The translations under genes were made by a program, and so were the position numbers. A stretch of 64,000 nt of DNA. It comes from an uncultured Rikenella sp. Its GTDB lineage: Bacteria > Bacteroidota > Bacteroidia > Bacteroidales > VadinHA17. Where the stretch lies: positions 43,145 through 107,144 of the forward strand of contig CAZAVK010000003.1 in assembly GCA_964488645.1 (NCBI GenBank). Reading direction: 5' to 3'. Of the stretch, positions 47,862 to 55,806 are shown piece by piece; the first letter of the stretch is position 1; each line of letters starts with the position of its first letter. Below the pieces are notes generated by a model, which saw nothing but the letters and a program-made list of their open reading frames with translations, had not been told where the DNA came from and did not search any database.

Positions 47862-48572
47862 ATGTCAGGGGTTCTATATATGCTTCCGGTTACTCTGGGT
47901 GAATCACCTGCAGAGTATTCCGTGCCGGCTGAGGTGATCAGGATCACCCTCTCCCTCAGGCTCTTTGCCGTGGAGGAGATTCGTACGGCCAGGCGCTGGC
48001 TGCGGCGTCTTGACAGCTCTTTTCCCATTGATGACACCCTCTTTTTCCCGATAGGCAAACATTCCGGCCTGTCGGCAGTAAACGAGCTCCTTGACCGTAT
48101 TGAGTCGGGAAGTGATGCCGGGGTGATGAGTGAAGCAGGGATGCCCGGCCTGGCTGACCCAGGAGCCATCGTTGTTTCTGCCGCACATGAGCGAGGTATC
48201 AGGGTGGTACCCCTGGCCGGGCCCTCATCGGTGATACTGGCGCTGGCTGCCTCAGGCCTCAACGGGCAGTCATTCGCCTTCAGGGGTTACCTGCCGTCAG
48301 ACAGGGGCGAGCGCCGTAAAATGATCAGGGAACTGGAGAGAAGATCATCTGACGGTACAACGCAGGTCTTCATGGAGACACCCTTCCGGAACCGGAAGCT
48401 GCTGGAGGATATACTGGAGATCTGCCAGCCGGACACCAGGCTCTGTATCGCCGCAGAGATCACCCTGCCGTCTGAGTACATTCGCACCATGACAGTGTCA
48501 CAATGGCGCAGGCAGGTGCCTGACCTGGATAAAAGACCGGCAATATTCCTGATAGCTACGGGGGTCAGGTGA
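47862..48572 (+). CDS. SAM-dependent methyltransferase of the tetrapyrrole-methylase (RsmI-like) fold
   Basis: LYMLPVTLGE...SEAGMPGLADPG...VPLAGPSSVILALAASGL...FAFRGYLP. Start set at ATG 47862; the longer ORF would overlap the convergent MBL gene. Confidence 0.7.
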   Translation: MSGVLYMLPVTLGESPAEYSVPAEVIRITLSLRLFAVEEIRTARRWLRRLDSSFPIDDTLFFPIGKHSGLSAVNELLDRIESGSDAGVMSEAGMPGLADPGAIVVSAAHERGIRVVPLAGPSSVILALAASGLNGQSFAFRGYLPSDRGERRKMIRELERRSSDGTTQVFMETPFRNRKLLEDILEICQPDTRLCIAAEITLPSEYIRTMTVSQWRRQVPDLDKRPAIFLIATGVR

Positions 48573-48665
48573 TCCGGGTGCTACAGCCCTACCGGAGACC
48601 CTGGCTGCGGCAGGCTGCCGCCGATGCCTCCGGGCTGCCGGCGCAGGAGCAACGGAAGGACCCGG

Positions 48666-49178
48666 TTATTTCTTCGCCTTCCGTGTCAGCTCCACCACCT
48701 CTATATCGAAAAGCAGGGGCGTATATCCCGGGATAATCGAATAGTAGTAGCCGTAGGCATCATAATAGCCATATCCCATTGATCCGTAGGCAAGCCTGGA
48801 GGGCAGCAATACCCTGGCCTTCGTCCCCATTCTCATCTTCAGCAGGGCCAGAGACCACCCCTCGATGATATCCTTTGTTCCGACCATGAGTCTGAACGGC
48901 TTGTCAGCATCGAGGTTGCTGTCGAACACCTTTCCGTCAAGGAATGTGCCTTTGTATCTGACACCCACCGTATCGCCCTCACGCGCCGGATCGCCGGTGC
49001 CCGGGTTCAGTTCAATGAAATAGATGCCATTGGCATCGGGTGACACGGTAATATTATTCTTTGAAATATAGTCCTGTATAAGACTTCTCTCCTCCTCCTC
49101 GTACTTCCTGGCAGAATTACAGGATACGATCACGAAAGCTGCGGTTACAAAGAGTGCAGCAACAAGTTTTCTTCCCAT
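48666..49178 (-). CDS. FKBP-type peptidyl-prolyl isomerase lipoprotein
   Basis: GDTVGVRYKGTFLDGKVFDS...IEGWSLALLKMRMG. The signal and lipobox (AAFVIVSC) follow ATG 49178. The start could be as far upstream as 49217. Confidence 0.8.
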   Translation of the reverse strand: MGRKLVAALFVTAAFVIVSCNSARKYEEEERSLIQDYISKNNITVSPDANGIYFIELNPGTGDPAREGDTVGVRYKGTFLDGKVFDSNLDADKPFRLMVGTKDIIEGWSLALLKMRMGTKARVLLPSRLAYGSMGYGYYDAYGYYYSIIPGYTPLLFDIEVVELTRKAKK

Positions 49179-49218
49179 TTTACTAGATTTCCCTCTTCCC
49201 ATCAAAATCTGTTCCAAA

Positions 49219-49725
49219 CTATTTTATCTCCCTGACCTTAACCCGGAAGACCAGTATTGCCCTTCCGGGTACCATATCGCCGTCACCGGTCAGTCCGTAG
49301 GCCAGGTATGGCGGTAGTATGAAGATATAGTCACTGCCCGCCTGCATCATCTGCAGGCCTTCATTTATGCCGCTCGGGGCCTCACTGTACCCTATGGTTA
49401 TGGTCTGGTTCCCGCTGTAGCACAATTTTCCGTCGAGCAGGGTGCACACATAGTCGTAGGTCACGGCGTCACCGGTCTTTGGCCTGGGGCCGCTGCCTTC
49501 TTCCATAACAGCATACCAGAGTCCGGTATTGGTTTCGGTAAATTTCTGTTCGCTTCCGCTGATATATCCGGTGATCTCGTCGCGGTCATGTATAATCCGT
49601 GCCTTGTTGAGTTCAATCAGGTCGGCATCACTCTTCCTTATGGCATTGCTCCTGTTATCGGGCTTGTTCTGGCATCCGTCTGCCAGCAGCAGCAGCATCA
49701 CTGCCATCATGGTTGTTGTTCTCAT
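49219..49725 (-). CDS. FKBP-type peptidyl-prolyl isomerase lipoprotein
   Basis: GDAVTYDYVCTLLDGKL...INEGLQMMQAGS. Start at ATG 49725 (MRTTTMMAVMLLLLADGC), an ATGA overlap with the nrnA stop codon. Confidence 0.8.
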   Translation of the reverse strand: MRTTTMMAVMLLLLADGCQNKPDNRSNAIRKSDADLIELNKARIIHDRDEITGYISGSEQKFTETNTGLWYAVMEEGSGPRPKTGDAVTYDYVCTLLDGKLCYSGNQTITIGYSEAPSGINEGLQMMQAGSDYIFILPPYLAYGLTGDGDMVPGRAILVFRVKVREIK

Positions 49726-50768
49726 TTCCTTATCTCCCTTGCTGCCTCTTCCAGTTTGTTTCGGAATAATGGCAGAGTCTTCTCGAAGTGATCTATCACC
49801 TCGTGTACCGTACCCTTCATCTCTCCTCCAGCTGCGTTGCGGTGTCCGCCGCCGTTGAAGCACATTCGTGACAGTTCATTGGCATTGAAGCTCCCCTTTG
49901 ACCTGAGTGACATCTTGACGAAACCGGTCCGTTCAACGAAGAGAACTGACAGCACTATATCCTTCATGGTAAGCAGTACATTGGCAAACCCTTCGGTATC
50001 GCCCTTGACATGGTTGAAGTTCTCGAGGTCCTCCTTTGTAAGCCATATATATGCTGTATGCAGTTCGGGGTGCACCACCATGCGGCTGTGCAGTGAGAAG
50101 CCCTTCAGCCTGATACGTTCAGGTGAGAAGTTGCTGAAGATATGGTTATAGACTCTCTCGCGGTCCACTCCCTTGTCGAGCAGGTGCCCCACGGTACGCA
50201 TGGTGTCTCCGCTGAAGAAGCCATGCTCGAAGTTGCCGGTATCGGTCACTATGCCAACGTAGACAGCCGTGAAGAAGTCATTGTCATCAAACTCACCCCC
50301 CTCCATGCCGTTCACCAGGAAGTAGACAAGCTCTGAAGTCGAGCTGCGGTTCACATCAGATATTATCAGGTCGGCAAAATTGCCCGGATCGGGGTGATGG
50401 TCTATCATCACCTTCCTGGCACGGGAGTCTGTGACCAGTTGTTCGGCCTTGCCCATACGTGAGGTTGTGTTGAAATCAACCATTACAATAAGGTCAGCCC
50501 TCTCTATCAGCCTGGCACCCTGTTCCGAATTGTGATGAAAATCAACTATGCGATCCACGTCATTCATCCAGAGCAGGAATTTCTGCAAAGAGTTGGGGGA
50601 GATCATATCTGCCTCCTTCCCCCGTGAGACTATCCATCTCCTCAGCGCCAGCATGGCACCTATGGCATCACCGTCAGGATTGATGTGGCAGATGAGCACT
50701 ATATGCTCAGCCTCATCAATCAGCTTTTTTAATTCTTTTGTATATTTGCCGACTTCATGCACGGTCAA
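49722..50768 (-). CDS. nrnA: DHH-family bifunctional oligoribonuclease/pAp phosphatase (NrnA-like)
   Basis: CHINPDGDAIG, MIDHH and a DHHA1 C-terminus with GGGHRNAAGG. Confidence 0.85.
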   Translation of the reverse strand: MTVHEVGKYTKELKKLIDEAEHIVLICHINPDGDAIGAMLALRRWIVSRGKEADMISPNSLQKFLLWMNDVDRIVDFHHNSEQGARLIERADLIVMVDFNTTSRMGKAEQLVTDSRARKVMIDHHPDPGNFADLIISDVNRSSTSELVYFLVNGMEGGEFDDNDFFTAVYVGIVTDTGNFEHGFFSGDTMRTVGHLLDKGVDRERVYNHIFSNFSPERIRLKGFSLHSRMVVHPELHTAYIWLTKEDLENFNHVKGDTEGFANVLLTMKDIVLSVLFVERTGFVKMSLRSKGSFNANELSRMCFNGGGHRNAAGGEMKGTVHEVIDHFEKTLPLFRNKLEEAAREIRK

Positions 50769-50785
50769 AGCTTTTTTAGCGGCGA

Positions 50786-50793
50786 CAAAGGTA
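50786..50793 (-). promoter_or_regulatory. -7 promoter box TAnnTTTG (TACCTTTG) for nrnA and the two FKBP genes
   Basis: Plus-strand caaaggta is the reverse complement of TACCTTTG. It lies 18 nt upstream of ATG 50768. Confidence 0.5.
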
Positions 50794-50848
50794 GTAAAAA
50801 TAACAAGCTTTAAAAACGAAGCTGAATTAAGTGGATAACCCTTACATC

Positions 50849-51268
50849 ATGAGCAACAACATCACTTTTTCGATTATCAAGCCCGATGCCTTCGGGCGGG
50901 GCGATTCAGGCCGCATACTTGCACGCATCACCGATGCAGGGTTCCGGCTCTCAGGCCTCAGGATGGTGCAGATGACCACCCGCCAGGCAGAGGAGTTCTA
51001 TGCAGTTCACCGCGAAAGACCGTTTTATCATGACCTGGTCAGGTTCATGACCTCCGGGCCGGTCATTGTCATGGCACTCATCCACAGCGATGCCGTAGAA
51101 GCATTCCGCAGACTGATAGGAGCCACTGACCCGGCAAAGGCAGAACCGGGTACCATCAGGGCCGAGTTCGGAACAAGCGTACAGGCAAATGCCGTACATG
51201 GCTCCGACTCCCCCGAAAATGCGTTGCGTGAGATATCATTCTTCTTTTCAGCCACCGAGCTCTTCTGA
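50849..51268 (+). CDS. ndk: nucleoside-diphosphate kinase
   Basis: TFSIIKPDA...NAVHGSDS (active-site His). I prefer ATG 50849 to the GTG at 50831. Confidence 0.95.
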   Translation: MSNNITFSIIKPDAFGRGDSGRILARITDAGFRLSGLRMVQMTTRQAEEFYAVHRERPFYHDLVRFMTSGPVIVMALIHSDAVEAFRRLIGATDPAKAEPGTIRAEFGTSVQANAVHGSDSPENALREISFFFSATELF

Positions 51269-51310
51269 CAAAACAAAATCTTTGCTTCCGTGTTGAGGAA
51301 GAAAAATGTG

Positions 51311-53065
51311 ATGAACAACCCGGTTATTCAGGACTTCTCCGACAAAAAGAGACTGGAGAAGTTCTCCTCTGCATACACCCTCTCCGATATGGAGATCTTC
51401 ATCTTCCCGGAGCTCTTTTATCCGCTGGTGCTTGCCAACATCATGTCGCCCATCATCTGGAAGTGGCGTGATGACCCCTGGTTTGCCGGGATAAGCCGCA
51501 AGAACTTCAACAGCCGGGCCAACCGGATCAAGCAATATATCATTGACAACTATATCTTTAACCTCGACCTTGAGACCTGGGGGCTGACAGACAAGGAGAG
51601 AGAGATTGCCCGTTTCGGCGATTTCTTTGATACCCGGCTGCTCAAGCAGTCAAACGCGCTGTTCGGCTATGAGGGTGACAAGTACTATTTCACAATAGAT
51701 ATCAGGCGTCATTTCGGGCTTGACAGGTATGACTCCTCGGTCATTCCCTACTGGAAGACCGAGACGGTTGAGGCGATGAGCGCCTTCCGGCACAAGGAGC
51801 ATTACGGCATCGGCGCAGGCGAGTGTGTCAGCCTGTCAGCTCTCTATGCGGCAGCCATGTTCATTGTGGGCGGGGTGCCACTGGAGAAGATCTTCATGAT
51901 GGCCACCCCCCTGCACTCACAGAACTTCATCGACAACAAGGAGGGGCTGCTGACCAATAACCGACGCATACTTACGAAGAACATGTGGTTCAACGGCACC
52001 TCTCTCTCAGCCAAGGCCAGAAGAGCTCTTGAGAATGAGAGGGTAACCATCGTGTCACACATAACCGGACACATACATACCGTCTATGAAAAGGCGACCA
52101 TCGAGAGGAGTGCCTATGAGAGGTTCGGGGTGAAGCTGCGTGAGTTTGTAAGTACTCCCCTTACCTCCACCGTATTCATCAACTTCCTCAGATTCAAGAC
52201 TGAATATAAATGCCTGTTCCAGTACCATTACCTGCGTACAGGAACAGATTATTACATCACCCTCGAGAAGCTGCTTGAATATGAGCACTCATCAAAGCAG
52301 AGTCTGAACGGGGATACCCGCAACAGGCTGCTGGCCGAGGTTGACCAGGAGGAGTTCCAGTACCAGCCCGTCAACGGGAAGATCATTCTCAATGAGGTTG
52401 AGAAATATCTCGATGAGAAGGCTGCATCAGGAGAGGAGATCACTGCAGCCATGTTCCTGGAACGGTTCCCTACAGAGCACACTGACTGTGTCGAAAAGAT
52501 GTTTGCCGACCTGGGCAGTTTCATTGCTACCGAGCCCAGACTGCCTGAGATCAAAGGAAAAGAGTTTGTCACCGAGCCTTATCCGGTTATTGCGGTCACA
52601 GACAGCCGCGACGAGATCATCCGGAAGATCACTGCCATGGCCGGCGCCTCGGAGATGGCACTTCTCACACTCTATGTTTACCGTGAGATGGGCATGACTG
52701 ACTGGCTCCCCTTTGTCAAGGCAGCCATTGAGCGCAACCCGGTTTCTCACGATACTCTCGGGGGTAAAAGTGCAGATGAGATCTACACTGTCATCAGCAG
52801 CCTCCCGGACATATCTATCTACGACTCTGGGCGTATGGCACAGCCAGATGAGGTATGGACATTCGGCAGGGGTGACGGTGCAGAGAAGGCATTCCTCATG
52901 GCGGAGGCACTTATTTTCAACAACCCGGAGGCAGTGGTCGGGATTATAATGCAGAACCAGCATGTGTCGGTACATTTCTCGGGGCAGGAGTATCTTTTCA
53001 ACAGCAGCAAGGGGCACCAGCGCAGCATCACCATAAGGAGGGGCAGCTACTCGGTCACTCAGTGA
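51311..53065 (+). CDS. conserved-looking hypothetical protein (584 aa, cytoplasmic, no family recognised)
   Basis: A long ORF with even coding composition. The only motif I can point to is GIGAGECVSLSALYAAAMF followed by ATPLHSQNFID, which loosely resembles a transglutaminase-like Cys...His...Asp core. Confidence 0.6.
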   Translation: MNNPVIQDFSDKKRLEKFSSAYTLSDMEIFIFPELFYPLVLANIMSPIIWKWRDDPWFAGISRKNFNSRANRIKQYIIDNYIFNLDLETWGLTDKEREIARFGDFFDTRLLKQSNALFGYEGDKYYFTIDIRRHFGLDRYDSSVIPYWKTETVEAMSAFRHKEHYGIGAGECVSLSALYAAAMFIVGGVPLEKIFMMATPLHSQNFIDNKEGLLTNNRRILTKNMWFNGTSLSAKARRALENERVTIVSHITGHIHTVYEKATIERSAYERFGVKLREFVSTPLTSTVFINFLRFKTEYKCLFQYHYLRTGTDYYITLEKLLEYEHSSKQSLNGDTRNRLLAEVDQEEFQYQPVNGKIILNEVEKYLDEKAASGEEITAAMFLERFPTEHTDCVEKMFADLGSFIATEPRLPEIKGKEFVTEPYPVIAVTDSRDEIIRKITAMAGASEMALLTLYVYREMGMTDWLPFVKAAIERNPVSHDTLGGKSADEIYTVISSLPDISIYDSGRMAQPDEVWTFGRGDGAEKAFLMAEALIFNNPEAVVGIIMQNQHVSVHFSGQEYLFNSSKGHQRSITIRRGSYSVTQ

Positions 53066-53349
53066 AGCACAATCTCCCTGATCAGCTCCTCGCCGGCATG
53101 GCTGTTGATACGGTTCATGAGCTGCCCGCGCATCATCATCAGCTCATTGCGCACCACCGATGAGGTGAGGTAGAGGTGCAGCACCCCATCTTTCACATAA
53201 ACCTTTCTGGTACGTGCTGTTATAGCCCTGCCGGCAATCGTCTCCCAGGTGTTTATGACGGCTGCATCCTTCAGACCCTGCTCAAGGCGGTACTCCCTGA
53301 TCAGGCTCTCGAGAGCCTCTCCCAGCGTGATTGTCCTGTTCCGCCTCAT
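53059..53349 (-). CDS. DUF721 domain protein (DciA-like)
   Basis: 96 aa lying immediately downstream of recF. LGEALESLIREY...WETIAG....T.KVYVKDGVLHLYLTSSVVRNEL is the DUF721 pattern. Confidence 0.75.
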   Translation of the reverse strand: MRRNRTITLGEALESLIREYRLEQGLKDAAVINTWETIAGRAITARTRKVYVKDGVLHLYLTSSVVRNELMMMRGQLMNRINSHAGEELIREIVLH

Positions 53350-53350
53350 T

Positions 53351-54463
53351 TTACCTCCCCCCGTTGGTTATCTCCTCCTCGATACCCTGTTTCCCTATCC
53401 GGTAGAGCCTGAAATCGACCCCGGCACTGTCAAGGATGCGATGGATACGTTCCTGTTGTGTATCGGTTATGAATACCTGTCCGAACTCGCCCGATCCCAC
53501 CAGCCTGATGATCTCCTCCACCCGGCCGAGATCGAACTTGTCGAAGATATCATCGAGGAGCAGTGCCGGTGCCAGTCCGTTCACCCTGGTTATCAGTGCG
53601 AAGTTAGCCAGCCTCAATGCCACGATGAACGATTTCTGCTGTCCCTGGCTGGCCGTAGTGCGTGCCGAATGGCCGTCAATCTCAAAGATCAGGTCATCAC
53701 GGTGTATCCCGGTGGTGGTATACTGCAGCAGGAAGTCCTTCTCCCTTGAGCCGGCCAGCAGCTGCAGGTAGTCACCCCCCTTCAGGTGTGACCGGTAACT
53801 GATCGAGACCTTCTCGGCATTGCCTGAAATCTTGCCGTAGTATGACCGGAAGAGGGGCAGCAGTTCGGCGGTGAGCCTTGAGCGCGCCTGGAAAATCACC
53901 CCGGCTGCCTCTGCCAGCTGTCCGTCATATATCTCCAGCAGCCCCGGGCTGTCACTGCCGGAACGCAGAATCTTGTTCCGCTGTGCCAGCATCCTGTTGT
54001 AGCGCATGAGTGCATCAAGGTAAACCGGGTCATACTGACTGATGATCATATTGAGGAACCGCCTGCGTTCATCACTGCCTCCCGTGATAAGGGTGCTGTC
54101 AGCCGGCGAGAGCATCACCACCGGGAAGCGGCCCACATGGTCAGACATACGCTGATACTCCTTGCCATTCATCCTGAACACCTTCTGTCTGGCCTTCTGG
54201 AATGCACAGTAAAGCTCATTGGCATCGCCATTGCTGACAAAGGTGCCCCTGATCATGAAATACTCCTCACCATGCCTGATACTGAGGGTATCAGAGCTAT
54301 TGAAGAAGCTTTTTGTGAGTGAAAGGTAATGGATCGCATCCAGGATATTGGTCTTGCCCACCCCGTTGTTGCCGACAAAGCAGTTGAATCCCGGTGAGAG
54401 GTCAAGGGTAACCTCCTCATAGTTTTTGAAGTTGGTCAGTTCAAGCCTTGAGAGATGCATCAC
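53351..54463 (-). CDS. recF: DNA replication and repair protein RecF
   Basis: FVGNNGVGKTNILDAI (Walker A), the SMC signature SQGQQKS, and LLLDDIFDKFD (Walker B). Confidence 0.95.
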   Translation of the reverse strand: MMHLSRLELTNFKNYEEVTLDLSPGFNCFVGNNGVGKTNILDAIHYLSLTKSFFNSSDTLSIRHGEEYFMIRGTFVSNGDANELYCAFQKARQKVFRMNGKEYQRMSDHVGRFPVVMLSPADSTLITGGSDERRRFLNMIISQYDPVYLDALMRYNRMLAQRNKILRSGSDSPGLLEIYDGQLAEAAGVIFQARSRLTAELLPLFRSYYGKISGNAEKVSISYRSHLKGGDYLQLLAGSREKDFLLQYTTTGIHRDDLIFEIDGHSARTTASQGQQKSFIVALRLANFALITRVNGLAPALLLDDIFDKFDLGRVEEIIRLVGSGEFGQVFITDTQQERIHRILDSAGVDFRLYRIGKQGIEEEITNGGR

Positions 54464-54488
54464 CTGATGAGATTGCTTTCCGGAGGGT

Positions 54489-54496
54489 CAAAGTTA
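54489..54496 (-). promoter_or_regulatory. -7 promoter box TAnnTTTG (TAACTTTG) for recF
   Basis: Plus-strand caaagtta is the reverse complement of TAACTTTG. It lies 26 nt upstream of ATG 54463. Confidence 0.5.
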
Positions 54497-54579
54497 CGAA
54501 AAGAAACAGCTGCACGGCGCGTCAGATTGCGGCCGGGAGATTTTTTTTCATCTTTGTTTTTATATAAGGGCATAAATAG

Positions 54580-54587
54580 TACTTTTG
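54580..54587 (+). promoter_or_regulatory. -7 promoter box TAnnTTTG (TACTTTTG) for the TPR-ribH pair
   Basis: An exact match, 38 nt upstream of ATG 54625. Confidence 0.55.
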
Positions 54588-54624
54588 CGGAGTTGTTTTC
54601 AGACCTGTAACAGAGTAGATTCAT

Positions 54625-55311
54625 ATGAGCAAAAAGAAGAAGGCTGCAGCCCCCAAGGGGATTGAGAGTGTAGAGCAGACACTGACAAAGACCGAACAGT
54701 TCCTTGAAGAGAATTACAAGCCGCTGCTGTATGTACTGGCCGGCGCAGTGGTACTGGTAGGTCTGGTCTGGCTGCTGCGCATGTATACCGGCAAAAAGAA
54801 TGAAGAGGCTCTCAGCCAGATGTACATGGCCGAGATCTATTTCGGGAATGATTCCCTCAGGCTGGCTCTCAACGGCGACGGCAACAACCTCGGATTCATT
54901 GATATTGCAAAAGAGTACCGCAACACCAGGTCAGGCCGGCTGGCCAATTTCTATGCCGGCGCCTGTCTCATACACCTGGGTGAGTATGAGGAGGCCATCA
55001 GGTATCTCAACCGTTTCAGGGTGAAGGATGAGGTTCTTGCTCCCCAGGCAAAGGGACTGATAGGTGATGCCAGGGTTGAGCTGGGCGACAAGGATGCAGG
55101 TATTAAATATTATCTCGAGGCTGCAGAGATGGCCGACAACTCATTCTTCAGTCCCATCTGCCTGCTCAAGGCCGGTATGATCTATGAGACTGACGGCAAG
55201 TACAGTGAGGCACTCAGGCTCTATGAGCGTATACGTGACAAGTACCCCGAGAGCAATGAGGGACGCAGCATTGACAAGTACATTGCCAGGGTCAAACTGC
55301 ATACCGACTGA
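54625..55311 (+). CDS. membrane-anchored TPR-like protein (YfgM-like architecture)
   Basis: An N-terminal Lys-rich segment, one TM segment (LLYVLAGAVVLVGLVWLL), then TPR-like helices. Confidence 0.65.
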   Translation: MSKKKKAAAPKGIESVEQTLTKTEQFLEENYKPLLYVLAGAVVLVGLVWLLRMYTGKKNEEALSQMYMAEIYFGNDSLRLALNGDGNNLGFIDIAKEYRNTRSGRLANFYAGACLIHLGEYEEAIRYLNRFRVKDEVLAPQAKGLIGDARVELGDKDAGIKYYLEAAEMADNSFFSPICLLKAGMIYETDGKYSEALRLYERIRDKYPESNEGRSIDKYIARVKLHTD

Positions 55312-55314
55312 TTG

Positions 55315-55803
55315 ATGGCCACGCGCGACCTGTCAGACTATAATCCGTCTCTTGTACCCGACGCTTCCGGCATGCGGTTCGGCATCGTGGTTGCCGACTG
55401 GAACAGCGAAGTGACCCACTCCCTTCTCAGGGGTGCGACAGAGACCCTCAGGCGTCATGGGGTCTCTGATGATGATATTGTTGTCAGGCATGTGCCCGGT
55501 GCCTTTGAGCTCACACTGGGCGCCCAGTGGCTGGCCGAGTATGATGACCCGGACGCGGTTATCTGCCTCGGTTGCGTGATACAGGGCGAGACGCCGCACT
55601 TCACCTACATATGCCAGGGTGTTACGCATGGTATCACCCAGCTCAACCTCGACTACAACATCCCGTTCATCTTTGGAGTACTCACCACCCTCACCCTTGA
55701 GCAGGCCCTCGAGAGAGCCGGCGGAACATTCGGCAACAAAGGCGATGAGGCTGCGGTAACTGCCATCCGTATGGCTGCCCTGCAACGGCTTATGGAAGAG
55801 TAG
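55315..55803 (+). CDS. ribH: 6,7-dimethyl-8-ribityllumazine synthase
   Basis: FGIVVADWNSEVT..LL.G, VPGAFELT, LGCVIQGETPHF and GNKGDEAA. Confidence 0.9.
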   Translation: MATRDLSDYNPSLVPDASGMRFGIVVADWNSEVTHSLLRGATETLRRHGVSDDDIVVRHVPGAFELTLGAQWLAEYDDPDAVICLGCVIQGETPHFTYICQGVTHGITQLNLDYNIPFIFGVLTTLTLEQALERAGGTFGNKGDEAAVTAIRMAALQRLMEE

Positions 55804-55806
55804 TTG

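Noticed and set aside
55250-55320. A possible FMN riboswitch upstream of ribH.
   Set aside because: ribH starts 3 nt after the stop codon of the preceding TPR gene, so there is no room for a leader. No FMN-element consensus is visible upstream of the TPR gene either.
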